From an uncultured virus (IMG/VR IMGVR_UViG_3300011202_000008) (lineage: Duplodnaviria; Heunggongvirae; Uroviricota; Caudoviricetes), in IMG/VR virus record IMGVR_UViG_3300011202_000008: a stretch of DNA of 64,000 bases; one strand, given 5' to 3'. The stretch's first letter is position 1. Each line of letters opens with the position of its first letter. The position numbers were made by a program, and so were the translations under genes. A model generated the notes under the pieces. It did no database searches and was not told where the DNA came from. It worked only from the letters and a program-made list of their open reading frames with translations. Of this stretch, positions 39,276 to 48,257 are shown piece by piece.

Positions 39276-39460
39276 TAGTGGCAAGAGCTTGGTCTTTATG
39301 TTATCCGATTATTGCTAAAAGATTCTTGGGCCACCAGACTATCGGAAGTCTGAATAAATGATTGTTATATTGGGAACGATATATGTCTTGGAACCTTAAT
39401 GCTAACAAGAAGCTGCGATCATAATGTGAAAAAAAGGCTGGTTAATCCAGCCCTTTTTTT
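39276..39460 (+). ncRNA. Putative structured ncRNA (~185 nt)
   Basis: Lies between a consensus promoter and the terminator ggctgg-ttaat-ccagcc+T run; several stems; no credible ORF. Confidence 0.65.
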
Positions 39461-39723
39461 ATGCATTTTAAATCTACCATACTAATATACAAAAATAAAT
39501 CTCCTTATTTTGTTATTCTTAAATAGAATATATAATGCTATTTGTTATAATAAAATATCATAAATCGTAACCTTATGATCCTTAAAAATAAAAGAAAATA
39601 TGTATATAAATCATTGTATTTTAAAGAAATATATACCAAATTAAACTTTGATCCTCAACTGAAAATCTGCTATTATTTATTAGTCAAAACCCGATAAAAT
39701 AAATAAGATAAGAGGATAATAAA

Positions 39724-39960
39724 TTGTCAAATTTAACTGAAAAAACGTTTACTGTAATTCAAACTTACCCTAATGAAGAGGGCGTTATAGTTAGTAGAAC
39801 CATAGTTATTGAAAATGTTATTCATGACCTGATTTTCCAAGGCCCATATATTGTTTTTAAACTGAAAGATGAAAGCGTTCGCAGGCTACATCAGGAAAGC
39901 TGTGTTGATATCAATGAAGTTATTATTAAACGTGATGCTATTTCCGCTCCAGCTATCTAA
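39724..39960 (+). CDS. Hypothetical protein
   Basis: GAGG RBS, TTG start, terminator at 39973-39996. Confidence 0.6.
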   Translation: MSNLTEKTFTVIQTYPNEEGVIVSRTIVIENVIHDLIFQGPYIVFKLKDESVRRLHQESCVDINEVIIKRDAISAPAI

Positions 39961-40054
39961 TATTTCTAACCTAAAAGAGCCGCAAGGCTCTTTTTTCTAG
40001 TATAACATTTCCATTTTTGTTATAATGAGCAAAATAACTAATGAGGATTATGAT

Positions 40055-40807
40055 ATGAGTACTCGCGCCGCCTACGGTTTTAGACATAAAAATCAAGACT
40101 ATATTTCTTATAATCATAGTGATGGTTATCCAAATGGTCTTGGATATGAAGTTCTTGAAGCTCTTACTTCTTTTACTTTAACTAAAGATATTGGACATCT
40201 CCGCGCTTGTGTTGAGAATGTTAAATTGATTAGCAAAGAAGATAATCATACCTTTTCTAAAGAAGAATTTTTATCTGTTGTTGAACGTCTTGATAATCTT
40301 GGCATTTATAATAATTTAAAGTCTGAATATTCATCTATCACTGAAATTCCAGCGATTCCTGTTCTTTATCATACGGCAGGTAAAGTTGATACGGTTATTG
40401 ATCGAGAGAATGCTATTCCTTATATGCTGGATAGCGGTAACTTTATGAATGACTCTCTTTTTTGCGAGTGGGCCTATGTTATCAATCTTGATGAACAGGT
40501 TGTAGAGTTTTATCGAGGCTTTAATCAAAATCCAGAAGCTAAGGGCCGTTATGCGGCTAAGACAAATGATTATGGCTCAACAGAATATAATGGTGTAGCT
40601 CTCATTGGAACTGTTCCATTTTCTATCATTGATTCATGGACAAAAGATGATCTCGCTAACTTCACAATTAAATTAGAGCATCTCGCTAATTTTATTGTTG
40701 GAAAATGTAATATTGAAGAAGAATATAACAATATTAAACAATACGTAATTGATCAAGCTCTTGTTGATTTAAGTAGTATAAAAGATGTTGTTTTAGATGA
40801 TGAGTAA
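40055..40807 (+). CDS. Hypothetical protein (phage-type)
   Basis: MSTRAAYG...YNHSDGYP.GLG and CEWAYVINLD motifs; GAGG RBS before 40055. Confidence 0.7.
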   Translation: MSTRAAYGFRHKNQDYISYNHSDGYPNGLGYEVLEALTSFTLTKDIGHLRACVENVKLISKEDNHTFSKEEFLSVVERLDNLGIYNNLKSEYSSITEIPAIPVLYHTAGKVDTVIDRENAIPYMLDSGNFMNDSLFCEWAYVINLDEQVVEFYRGFNQNPEAKGRYAAKTNDYGSTEYNGVALIGTVPFSIIDSWTKDDLANFTIKLEHLANFIVGKCNIEEEYNNIKQYVIDQALVDLSSIKDVVLDDE

Positions 40808-40836
40808 AAAAATAAGGACTCCTCGGAGTCCTTTTC

Positions 40837-41346
40837 TTATTTTGTTAAAAATTCAATGTATTTTTTAGGTTGACCGTAATACAAACTATAAATAGCATTA
40901 AAAAACTCTATCGCTTGCTCCTCATTGTTTAATGTATTCTCTGGCAATATATCTTTCATTAATGGCATTCCATATTCAAAATAATTAAAATACATCTTTA
41001 TTAATCTTCTTGATTTATCAGCGCATCCACTACTTCCATCTTTTTCAACGATCATATTTTCCAAATGTGATTTAACAAAAGAAAAATTATTAGCTAAAAA
41101 AACTGCTTGATGTGTTCTTATCCCTTTTTCTTTTAATAAACCATTATTTAACCTTTTTTGATTTGATATAAGGTGTAAGTTATAATGTTCTATATTGAAA
41201 ATCCCATCTTTAAAAATTTTATCAAATAATAATGCATTATCTTCATTTGATAAATAATTTTTAGCCTTACTTTTTTCATCACTATTTATATTTTCAAATA
41301 CATGCTTTAATACATTTTCAATATCTTTTTCTTCATTTGTATTCAT
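40837..41346 (-). CDS. Hypothetical protein
   Basis: AGGAGG RBS; GCADKSR motif. Confidence 0.65.
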   Translation of the reverse strand: MNTNEEKDIENVLKHVFENINSDEKSKAKNYLSNEDNALLFDKIFKDGIFNIEHYNLHLISNQKRLNNGLLKEKGIRTHQAVFLANNFSFVKSHLENMIVEKDGSSGCADKSRRLIKMYFNYFEYGMPLMKDILPENTLNNEEQAIEFFNAIYSLYYGQPKKYIEFLTK

Positions 41347-41506
41347 ATCCCCTCCTGTATTTAACTATAGACATATATCGGCAAATAAAGTTCATTTTTT
41401 ATACCTTGCTTAAAAAAAAGATATCCTTTTATTTTTATTTATGATAAAGTTACAATGGGATTATATAGCCTTATTTCAAATTTTAGTTATAAAAGAATCT
41501 CTTCTT

Positions 41507-41848
41507 TTATTTATTTTTACTGGCATTAAAACCATCACGATAAGCTTTTTCAATAACAGCCATATTTTTACTAAAATCTTCTGGCAATAACAATCTGGAT
41601 CTAGCATATTCTTGAGTACTAGAATACGTTAGGTCATATATATCATGTAAAACCTCTTTAGAGAACTTCTCATGCCCCTTATAGGATGATATAACACAAT
41701 CTCTTAACTCTTCCTCAAATTCTTCCTGTGCCTTTGTAGCGCTTTCAAAACGATCTACGTAACCATCTTTATTTTCATTAAGAATGACTTCCATAACATG
41801 TCCGAAAGCATTATTTATATCATCAGAAATTTCTTGTATTGAACGCAT
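41507..41848 (-). CDS. Hypothetical protein
   Basis: AGGAGG RBS. Confidence 0.65.
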   Translation of the reverse strand: MRSIQEISDDINNAFGHVMEVILNENKDGYVDRFESATKAQEEFEEELRDCVISSYKGHEKFSKEVLHDIYDLTYSSTQEYARSRLLLPEDFSKNMAVIEKAYRDGFNASKNK

Positions 41849-41963
41849 TTATTCCTCCTTTTGACAACGTAGTTTAAACCATTCACTTATGGTATTCAAC
41901 ATTTATTGATTATTTTACTAAAAAATTGTATATTATACCAAATCTAAAATGAGGAGGTATTAT

Positions 41964-42239
41964 ATGAAATTTTCTAATATTTTTATAGCTAGTGCATTAA
42001 TGTTATTTACGGCATCTTCTTTTGCTATTAATACTGTTCAACTTACTGAGAAGAATGGTATTGATTTTTCTGATGGTAAACCTAAGTTTAAAAAAGGGGT
42101 TATTATTAAGAATGGTAAAGCTGTTCAATATGATAAATGCCAATACAGAAATCCCAACGATCCAAATAAAAAACCTGAATCAGGTATGCAATATTGTGCC
42201 GATAATGTTACTAGTACTAATGATGATAATGACGAATAA
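41964..42239 (+). CDS. Small secreted protein
   Basis: GAGGAGG RBS; signal peptide ending SFA; two Cys. Confidence 0.65.
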   Translation: MKFSNIFIASALMLFTASSFAINTVQLTEKNGIDFSDGKPKFKKGVIIKNGKAVQYDKCQYRNPNDPNKKPESGMQYCADNVTSTNDDNDE

Positions 42240-42268
42240 AAAAAAGCCCTCAGAAGAGGGCTTTTATA

Positions 42269-42817
42269 TTATAACTCAAGCTCACCATTTTTAAACACCC
42301 TATAAGCATTCCAGTGGATAAACATTTCTTTTACTATTTTATAGGTAAAGTATACCTGTAATGTATAAAATAGAACGGCTCCGGGAGCTACCAACCAATT
42401 GTATCCTAATCTATTCATACATAGTTCTAATAAAAATGTTGCTGCTATTAAGAATGGATAAACTTTTAATGTAAAAAGCAAATCTCTTAACGGTTTCTCA
42501 ATACCTTTATCTTTCGTTTTTTCTTTATCTGTTAAACCAGCAAAATACGTATTATAAATAACACTATACTCTCTCACTGAATACATATTCTTATGATAAT
42601 AATCTCTTATTTTACCTTTAACAAAAAGCATTGAAAATCCAAAGATTAACATAATCCAACTAAAAGTAATGAAAACGAAACTTGTTAGCAATATCTCAAC
42701 TTTATGATACATAAATCCAGATAGAACTAAAACAGCCGCATACACCATAAAGCATAGCCACTTTTTATCACCTTTTGTCAATTCTTCATCATCATAAAAA
42801 TAGTTTTTCTTTCCCAT
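42269..42817 (-). CDS. 4-TM membrane protein, paralogue family D
   Basis: Four hydrophobic segments; KIRD....MY...Y..IY and PLRDL. Confidence 0.65.
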   Translation of the reverse strand: MGKKNYFYDDEELTKGDKKWLCFMVYAAVLVLSGFMYHKVEILLTSFVFITFSWIMLIFGFSMLFVKGKIRDYYHKNMYSVREYSVIYNTYFAGLTDKEKTKDKGIEKPLRDLLFTLKVYPFLIAATFLLELCMNRLGYNWLVAPGAVLFYTLQVYFTYKIVKEMFIHWNAYRVFKNGELEL

Positions 42818-42879
42818 CTTTTTTTCCTTCAGTATTATTTTTAAACATTATATACGATGAGGAATATTAATTTCAATCT

Positions 42880-43917
42880 TTAAATATCATATCCATCGTT
42901 ATATTCTTGCTCGAACCAGCATTGATTTATAAAAACAAGGGATAAACAAATATGGTTGAAAGCACTTTCTATAATATCATGCCTATCTTTATACTCATCT
43001 TTTATTTTTACCTTTATTGTTTCTCTTTGTCTTTTATCTTCAACACATCTAACAGTTATAATCATATTTCCGTTATTATACCTGCTTATTTCATACCAAA
43101 AAGGCATGTCTACATATTCTTCATCAAAATCATAATCGTCGTATTCATCATCACCATATTCATCTAAAATAATATTAGAATCATTCATGATTTCTTTATA
43201 ATAATCTTCTTCTAACTCATTGAGTATGGCATATAATCTTTTTCTATCTACCCACGGCAAATCTTCTTTTTTATAACAATACATTATAGCATCGTGATAA
43301 TTATCAAAATGTTCTTCAATATAAATAGATAATTCATTAAATCCTGTCATACAAAGTTTATCTATTAATAAAAATAAATCTTGAGCATCATCATCTACAT
43401 CATCAGATGATTCGTAATTGTATGAAAGTATATAATTTAGATCATCTACGTAATCTTCACTTTTATATTTTGTTTTTTTGTTTTTATATACTTTTTCAAA
43501 TACATCATCTATTCTGTAATAATATGGAATATACAGTTTATGATTATATTCAACAATATATATACTATTTATGTGGGATTCATTAAAACTTTTTTCGCTA
43601 TCTTTAAGAATAGAAATGTAGGGGCTATTATATTTATACAAATAAATATTTCCATAATCTATACTTATTTGTTCTGGTAAGCCATTTTCATTCATTATTG
43701 TTAAATAGCTTTTATTTTCTTCATCTTTTAGGAAGAAATATTGCGGTAAAGATTTATCTATATCTTCTTCTGAACAGAAAGAATTTCCTCGTCTAAGATT
43801 AACTTCTTCTTCTAATATCCAATCCCCATTGATAAACAAGGGATTAACATACCAAAAACCATGAGAATTATCTAATAACACTTTTCTTATAAAATCTACA
43901 TGCCTTTTTTCACTCAT
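42880..43917 (-). CDS. Acidic hypothetical protein
   Basis: 345 aa ORF rich in D/E/Y. Confidence 0.65.
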   Translation of the reverse strand: MSEKRHVDFIRKVLLDNSHGFWYVNPLFINGDWILEEEVNLRRGNSFCSEEDIDKSLPQYFFLKDEENKSYLTIMNENGLPEQISIDYGNIYLYKYNSPYISILKDSEKSFNESHINSIYIVEYNHKLYIPYYYRIDDVFEKVYKNKKTKYKSEDYVDDLNYILSYNYESSDDVDDDAQDLFLLIDKLCMTGFNELSIYIEEHFDNYHDAIMYCYKKEDLPWVDRKRLYAILNELEEDYYKEIMNDSNIILDEYGDDEYDDYDFDEEYVDMPFWYEISRYNNGNMIITVRCVEDKRQRETIKVKIKDEYKDRHDIIESAFNHICLSLVFINQCWFEQEYNDGYDI

Positions 43918-44023
43918 AAAATAACCGCCTTATATTTTTGATTACTTCTAAATAAAGAATAGACAACTATTAATGAAATTACAAGATAAAAATAAAAAAA
44001 GGAAGCATGGCCTCCTTATTTTA

Positions 44024-44569
44024 TTACTTCTTAAAATTATACAACACTTTTAGATTAGCATAGATAAAATATGTACTAATTAAAGCGGCTAACAATGATA
44101 GAGCAAAAACTAGTAAACTCACAATATCAACTAAAATATTTTGACTAACATGTTTCATAGCGATGAATAATGGATACACCAATATCATTGTCCATCCACA
44201 TGATCTTACCATATCAACAAGATGATTTAGAGGTCCATATTTATTGGAATAACACTCATCTCCAATAATTTTAGGTTGACCATTTTTTCTCATATTTGCT
44301 TGTTCGTAAATATTATCATATTTTACAGTATCAAACATTTTAACAATCAAAATATCTTTTAGTTTTGAAATGGTGGCTACATAAAATAAGCCAAGCACCG
44401 CCAAAATAAAGACAAATGAATTTACAAAACCGCTTCTAATAAAATCATTTAAGTTTTCATGAAACCCCAGCCAAACAGCTACAGAAATAAATAAAATCAA
44501 AAGATAGTAGCCTAATACTTTTTGAGATGTAATTTTACCTTGTCCAAACATATTTCCTACCTCAATCAA
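44024..44569 (-). CDS. 4-TM membrane protein, paralogue family D
   Basis: KLKD....MF...Y..IY and PLNHL; true start may be 44551. Confidence 0.65.
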   Translation of the reverse strand: MIEVGNMFGQGKITSQKVLGYYLLILFISVAVWLGFHENLNDFIRSGFVNSFVFILAVLGLFYVATISKLKDILIVKMFDTVKYDNIYEQANMRKNGQPKIIGDECYSNKYGPLNHLVDMVRSCGWTMILVYPLFIAMKHVSQNILVDIVSLLVFALSLLAALISTYFIYANLKVLYNFKK

Positions 44570-45257
44570 TAAAACCTAAGAATTTATCATGCTTAACGAT
44601 TTCATCTAAGAAATCACGATAAGCGCCCATTGAATTGTAATCTTTAACTCTCAGGAAGAAACCTGTAGCCATTTCAAGAGGCAGTTCTTTACCATGAGCT
44701 TGTTTACGTTTTTCATGAAAATTACATTGTTCCCACTCATCATAAAGATCATTAACCTTATTCTGAATAGACTCTTCTTCTTCTTCTGATAACTTCCCAC
44801 TGTATAACAGGTTATTTAACTCATCCATCTCTTTTTCAAGACGATACTGCTTTTCTTCATGCTCATGCAGTGATTCTAAGAAACCACCACTCATAATAAA
44901 CTCTTCACGTTCTTGCTTAGCATGAGCATTATCTTTTACTAAACAGAAATTCCATGCGTATGGCTTAACTTTAAAACGAGTTTGAAGATTACTTTTCTCA
45001 AAAGCAAAAAGCACTTCGCCAAAGGTTTTAGATACATTAATATCACGACTCATACACCAGCCGTATTTGAAATGAGACTTCTCATAATCAGGATGATCTT
45101 CACGCAAAAAGATTCCATTATCCCAAAAACGTTGACTTGTAAAAGCTTTAAAAGAGCCTTGGTTAAAAACTTTTTTAGCATTCTCTACAGTGGTACCATG
45201 CCACAAAACACCTTTCTTATTCAGATCAATTTTTTCTTTATGCGTTAATACTTTCAT
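44562..45257 (-). CDS. Putative ADP-ribosyltransferase-fold protein
   Basis: LWHGT, CMSRD....FG and EREE in ART-like order. Confidence 0.45.
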   Translation of the reverse strand: MKVLTHKEKIDLNKKGVLWHGTTVENAKKVFNQGSFKAFTSQRFWDNGIFLREDHPDYEKSHFKYGWCMSRDINVSKTFGEVLFAFEKSNLQTRFKVKPYAWNFCLVKDNAHAKQEREEFIMSGGFLESLHEHEEKQYRLEKEMDELNNLLYSGKLSEEEEESIQNKVNDLYDEWEQCNFHEKRKQAHGKELPLEMATGFFLRVKDYNSMGAYRDFLDEIVKHDKFLGFID

Positions 45258-45376
45258 TTTCCATTCACTCTTTTATTATTCCTCACTGAGGCATGAAGTA
45301 ACTATATCAAAAACGTAGATAATGCACAAGTATTATTTTAAAATAGAAAGAAAAAAGGAGCCGAAGCTCCTTTATT

Positions 45377-45505
45377 TTATTTAGACATGTAAACTGAAAA
45401 AGCAATAGCAACCGCTATCCAAAATAGCGCACAAGAACCAAAAACAATTTGACGTTGTTTATGTGGAGCAGCAGCCAGAAAACGATTAGTAATGGAATTA
45501 AACAT
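45377..45505 (-). CDS. Small membrane protein (42 aa), not in ORF track, YmiA-like TM
   Basis: MFNSITNRFLAAAPHKQRQIVFGSCALFWIAVAIAFSVYMSK; terminator at 45354-45373. Confidence 0.6.
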   Translation of the reverse strand: MFNSITNRFLAAAPHKQRQIVFGSCALFWIAVAIAFSVYMSK

Positions 45506-45564
45506 ATGATATCTACCCTTAAGTTAAACTTTGTTTGAACATTATATGATAATTCTGGTGTTAA

Positions 45565-45987
45565 TTACAACCTAATTTTAAGAAAACTCTGTATATTTTT
45601 TACATAATTGCTGACTAAAGGCTGACTGTAATTGTTTTCTATGGACCATAAATCAATTTTTTTACTTTCTTCAAAGTCATACTTATAACTTAAAACATAG
45701 ATATTCTCATTTTTTTCATTTATGATACTTATCTCATCATATGATTCATCATCAGCATTACTTACATTACTTAATTCGAAATACCATCCTTCATTAATTA
45801 AAGGAGATTTTAACATCCATGATAATTGGTATGCCATCTTACGGCTTCTTGGGAGTAGATCTTTTTTAGGGCAACTCCAACAAAACCAATATTTCATCAA
45901 AATAAGATCAATATCTACATTAGACTCTTTTAAATGCTGACATAATTCGTCATATTGCTTTTTTATATTCATTTTGCCCTCCATTTT
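45565..45987 (-). CDS. Hypothetical protein
   Basis: ORF; likely start MNIKK at 45972 after GGAGG. Confidence 0.55.
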   Translation of the reverse strand, partial: KMEGKMNIKKQYDELCQHLKESNVDIDLILMKYWFCWSCPKKDLLPRSRKMAYQLSWMLKSPLINEGWYFELSNVSNADDESYDEISIINEKNENIYVLSYKYDFEESKKIDLWSIENNYSQPLVSNYVKNIQSFLKIRL

Positions 45988-46017
45988 TATTATTATACAG
46001 ATATATATCATGAAAGC

Positions 46018-46046
46018 AAAAAAGGCCACCTTGGGTGACCTTTTTT
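46018..46046 (-). terminator. Intrinsic terminator closing the tRNA-like unit
   Basis: ggtcacc-caa-ggtggcc with T runs on both strands. Confidence 0.7.
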
Positions 46047-46090
46047 AGTTGGATATATTTATCATTATTTGGCACAGCCAAACTATTTTT

Positions 46091-46161
46091 TTGATCACAG
46101 GGGATTGAACCCTATCTTTCACTCCTACTGGAGGACGTGCCACCTATTACACTATAAATCC
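46091..46161 (-). ncRNA. tRNA-like module 2 (non-canonical anticodon arm, no CCA)
   Basis: D arm GTGT-AATAGGTG-GCAC; T arm TAGGG-TTCAATC-CCCTG; anticodon region CTCC-AGTA-GGAG. Confidence 0.6.
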
Positions 46162-46213
46162 AAAAAATATATTATGACTTATTAATATATCCTTTTGCAC
46201 ACAAGGTGCATAC

Positions 46214-46280
46214 ACATTCAAAGCTGGCTTAAAGCTTTTCCTCTTACACTGTAAGTGTGCCACCATTACACCATCAATAT
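46214..46280 (-). ncRNA. tRNA-like module 1 (3-nt anticodon loop, no CCA)
   Basis: ATATTGA/TGAATGT acceptor; GTGT-AATGGTG-GCAC; CTTAC-AGT-GTAAG; AAGCT-TTAAGCC-AGCTT. Confidence 0.6.
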
Positions 46281-46390
46281 GTTATTATTTATACTTCCTC
46301 TATTCACAGAAAAGAGTTTTGAAGTATGAAAAGAATATAACTCATTTTATTCCAAATATCAAATTATTTATAAAAATAACCATTTCTTTA

Positions 46391-46876
46391 TTATTGATAT
46401 TCTATTTTTAATAAACTATCTTTCTCAATAATACTTTCATGTAATTTTTTTGAAAATGTATGAGCAAAATCATGAAGAGTCATAAATATCAGATCATCAC
46501 CATCTTTCTTTATAACCCTTTTATCTTTTAAATGATATTCTTTTTGTTCTTCGTCTAGAAAACTATCTAAATATTCTTCACCTTTTTCGTTTAATTTGAA
46601 CGTGATCTTATCATTTAAATTAAACGTCATATTATCAAATATAACAGCATTAGATTCGATAACCGTAAATGCACCAACAAACAATGTTGGACCAAATACA
46701 GCCAATAAATCAGAGAAAGACGATTTATAGGTTTTACCATCATATAAAAAATTATTAAATGATAGTCTTTTTTTATTGCTATCTTGCCAATTTCTTAAAT
46801 GCTGTAAGCCTCTATCCGTTAATTTAAACTCAACGACTCCATTTATAGGTAATGTCAAAGCATATTTTTTATTCAT
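46391..46876 (-). CDS. Hypothetical protein with two internal repeats
   Basis: V/ITFKL..(R/K)G..(H/Y)L...L.DL/F..F occurs twice; coupled to the tilS stop. Confidence 0.65.
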   Translation of the reverse strand: MNKKYALTLPINGVVEFKLTDRGLQHLRNWQDSNKKRLSFNNFLYDGKTYKSSFSDLLAVFGPTLFVGAFTVIESNAVIFDNMTFNLNDKITFKLNEKGEEYLDSFLDEEQKEYHLKDKRVIKKDGDDLIFMTLHDFAHTFSKKLHESIIEKDSLLKIEYQ

Positions 46877-47847
46877 TTTTCAATCCAAATTTTTCTACCA
46901 TTTGTCAGTAGTTGACCATTTTTAAATTGAACTTTTCTTAATTTTGAACAATTTTTATTTTCACTCAGTACGACATTCAGTAGATTATTAAAGTTTTTAG
47001 TTCCCTTGTTTTCTTCATCAATACTCTCAACATAACGATGTAAAACATTTTTCATACGAGATGTTGAAAGAGATTTAAGTTTGTCCATATCAAGAATATC
47101 ATTATGACTTACTCCAGCTTTATCTACAAATTTAATTGCTTCCAGATCTTCTTTAGCAATTTCATTAAGCAGTGATTCAGCTTCTTGTGCTTTTTCTGTT
47201 AAAGCAGTAATGTTAGAAATAACAGCTTTCCAACGACTACCTACTAACGGAAGGACTTCATTACGAATAAAGTTACGGCTGTATTTTGAATCACTATTGG
47301 AATCATCCTCTACCCACTGTAAGCCTTTTTCTACAGCATATGATTTAATATCTTGACGAAGAACATTTAACATAGGACGAACTAATAAAGCATTTCCCAT
47401 CATACGAGATTCTGGAATACCCATTAAGCCTTTAATACCAGTTCCACGGAAAAGACGGAATAAAATAGTTTCAGCGTTATCATTTTTATGATGACCCATG
47501 AAAAGAATATCGCCTTTTTTTGTATTAGCATTGATAAATTCATAACGAAGCTCTCTGGCTTTTTCTTCAACACCAGAAGTATCTTTCATATTGAGATGCG
47601 CTACGTTAATTTCAGCATTATACATTTTAGCTGTTTCAATAGCTTGATTTTCCCAATCTTCTGCTAGAACATTAAGACCATGATTGACATGAAGAAGCTT
47701 GATCTTCTTCCCTTCTGGCTTAATAGAAGATAAAACATCTAGCATAACACGAGAATCTACACCACCAGAATAAGCGATTACCCAATCACCATTCATGTTA
47801 TGATCATATTTAGCTACGGATTGTTTCATCAGTTCTACAATTTTCAT
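46873..47847 (-). CDS. tilS: tRNA(Ile)-lysidine synthetase, short form lacking the distal C-terminal domain
   Basis: AYSGGVDS, HVNHG, ARELRY, HHKNDNAET, RPML, D.SN, RNFIR. Confidence 0.92.
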   Translation of the reverse strand: MKIVELMKQSVAKYDHNMNGDWVIAYSGGVDSRVMLDVLSSIKPEGKKIKLLHVNHGLNVLAEDWENQAIETAKMYNAEINVAHLNMKDTSGVEEKARELRYEFINANTKKGDILFMGHHKNDNAETILFRLFRGTGIKGLMGIPESRMMGNALLVRPMLNVLRQDIKSYAVEKGLQWVEDDSNSDSKYSRNFIRNEVLPLVGSRWKAVISNITALTEKAQEAESLLNEIAKEDLEAIKFVDKAGVSHNDILDMDKLKSLSTSRMKNVLHRYVESIDEENKGTKNFNNLLNVVLSENKNCSKLRKVQFKNGQLLTNGRKIWIEK

Positions 47848-47973
47848 TTTATTTCCTATATTTTTTTATAGTTAATCATTCAATACAGGCTATTATACGC
47901 TTTTCTCTTTTTATGCACAAGCTTTTTTGCAAAGAAAAAGAGTCTTTAAAGACTCTTTTTTATTATTTTTTTA

Positions 47974-48213
47974 TTATCTATTATGGTTATCATTCACCCA
48001 CTGACCATCTGCCTTAACTTCACCAAAACCATATTTGTAATATACATCTGGTGCATTAGGGGAAACTCTTTCTTCAACTTGTTCTGTTGAAACTGTTGCG
48101 CTTTGAACAGCCATTGTATCTTGTGTTTGATATGAATCTTCAGCATTAGCCATAGATGACATACCTAAAACAGACATTATTCCAAATGATAAACCTAAAA
48201 TTGCTTTTTTCAT
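47974..48213 (-). CDS. Small secreted protein
   Basis: AGGAG RBS; signal peptide ending ANA. Confidence 0.7.
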   Translation of the reverse strand: MKKAILGLSFGIMSVLGMSSMANAEDSYQTQDTMAVQSATVSTEQVEERVSPNAPDVYYKYGFGEVKADGQWVNDNHNR

Positions 48214-48235
48214 GTTATTCTCCTTAATTTATATA

Positions 48236-48257
48236 AAATGCGATACTCATCACATTA
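48236..48257. promoter_or_regulatory. CRP-like binding site
   Basis: aaaTGCGA-tactca-TCACAtta versus consensus aaaTGTGA-N6-TCACAttt. Confidence 0.5.

Noticed and set aside
41355..41370. LexA-box-like CTGTATTTAACTATAG
   Set aside because: It mismatches the invariant CAG half-site, overlaps an RBS, and is likely by chance in AT-rich DNA.
46091..46161. Functional tRNA-Tyr(GTA)
   Set aside because: GTA falls at 34-36 only in a register where the anticodon stem has two mismatches and position 33 is A. The acceptor is imperfect and there is no long variable arm, so it is reported as tRNA-like instead.
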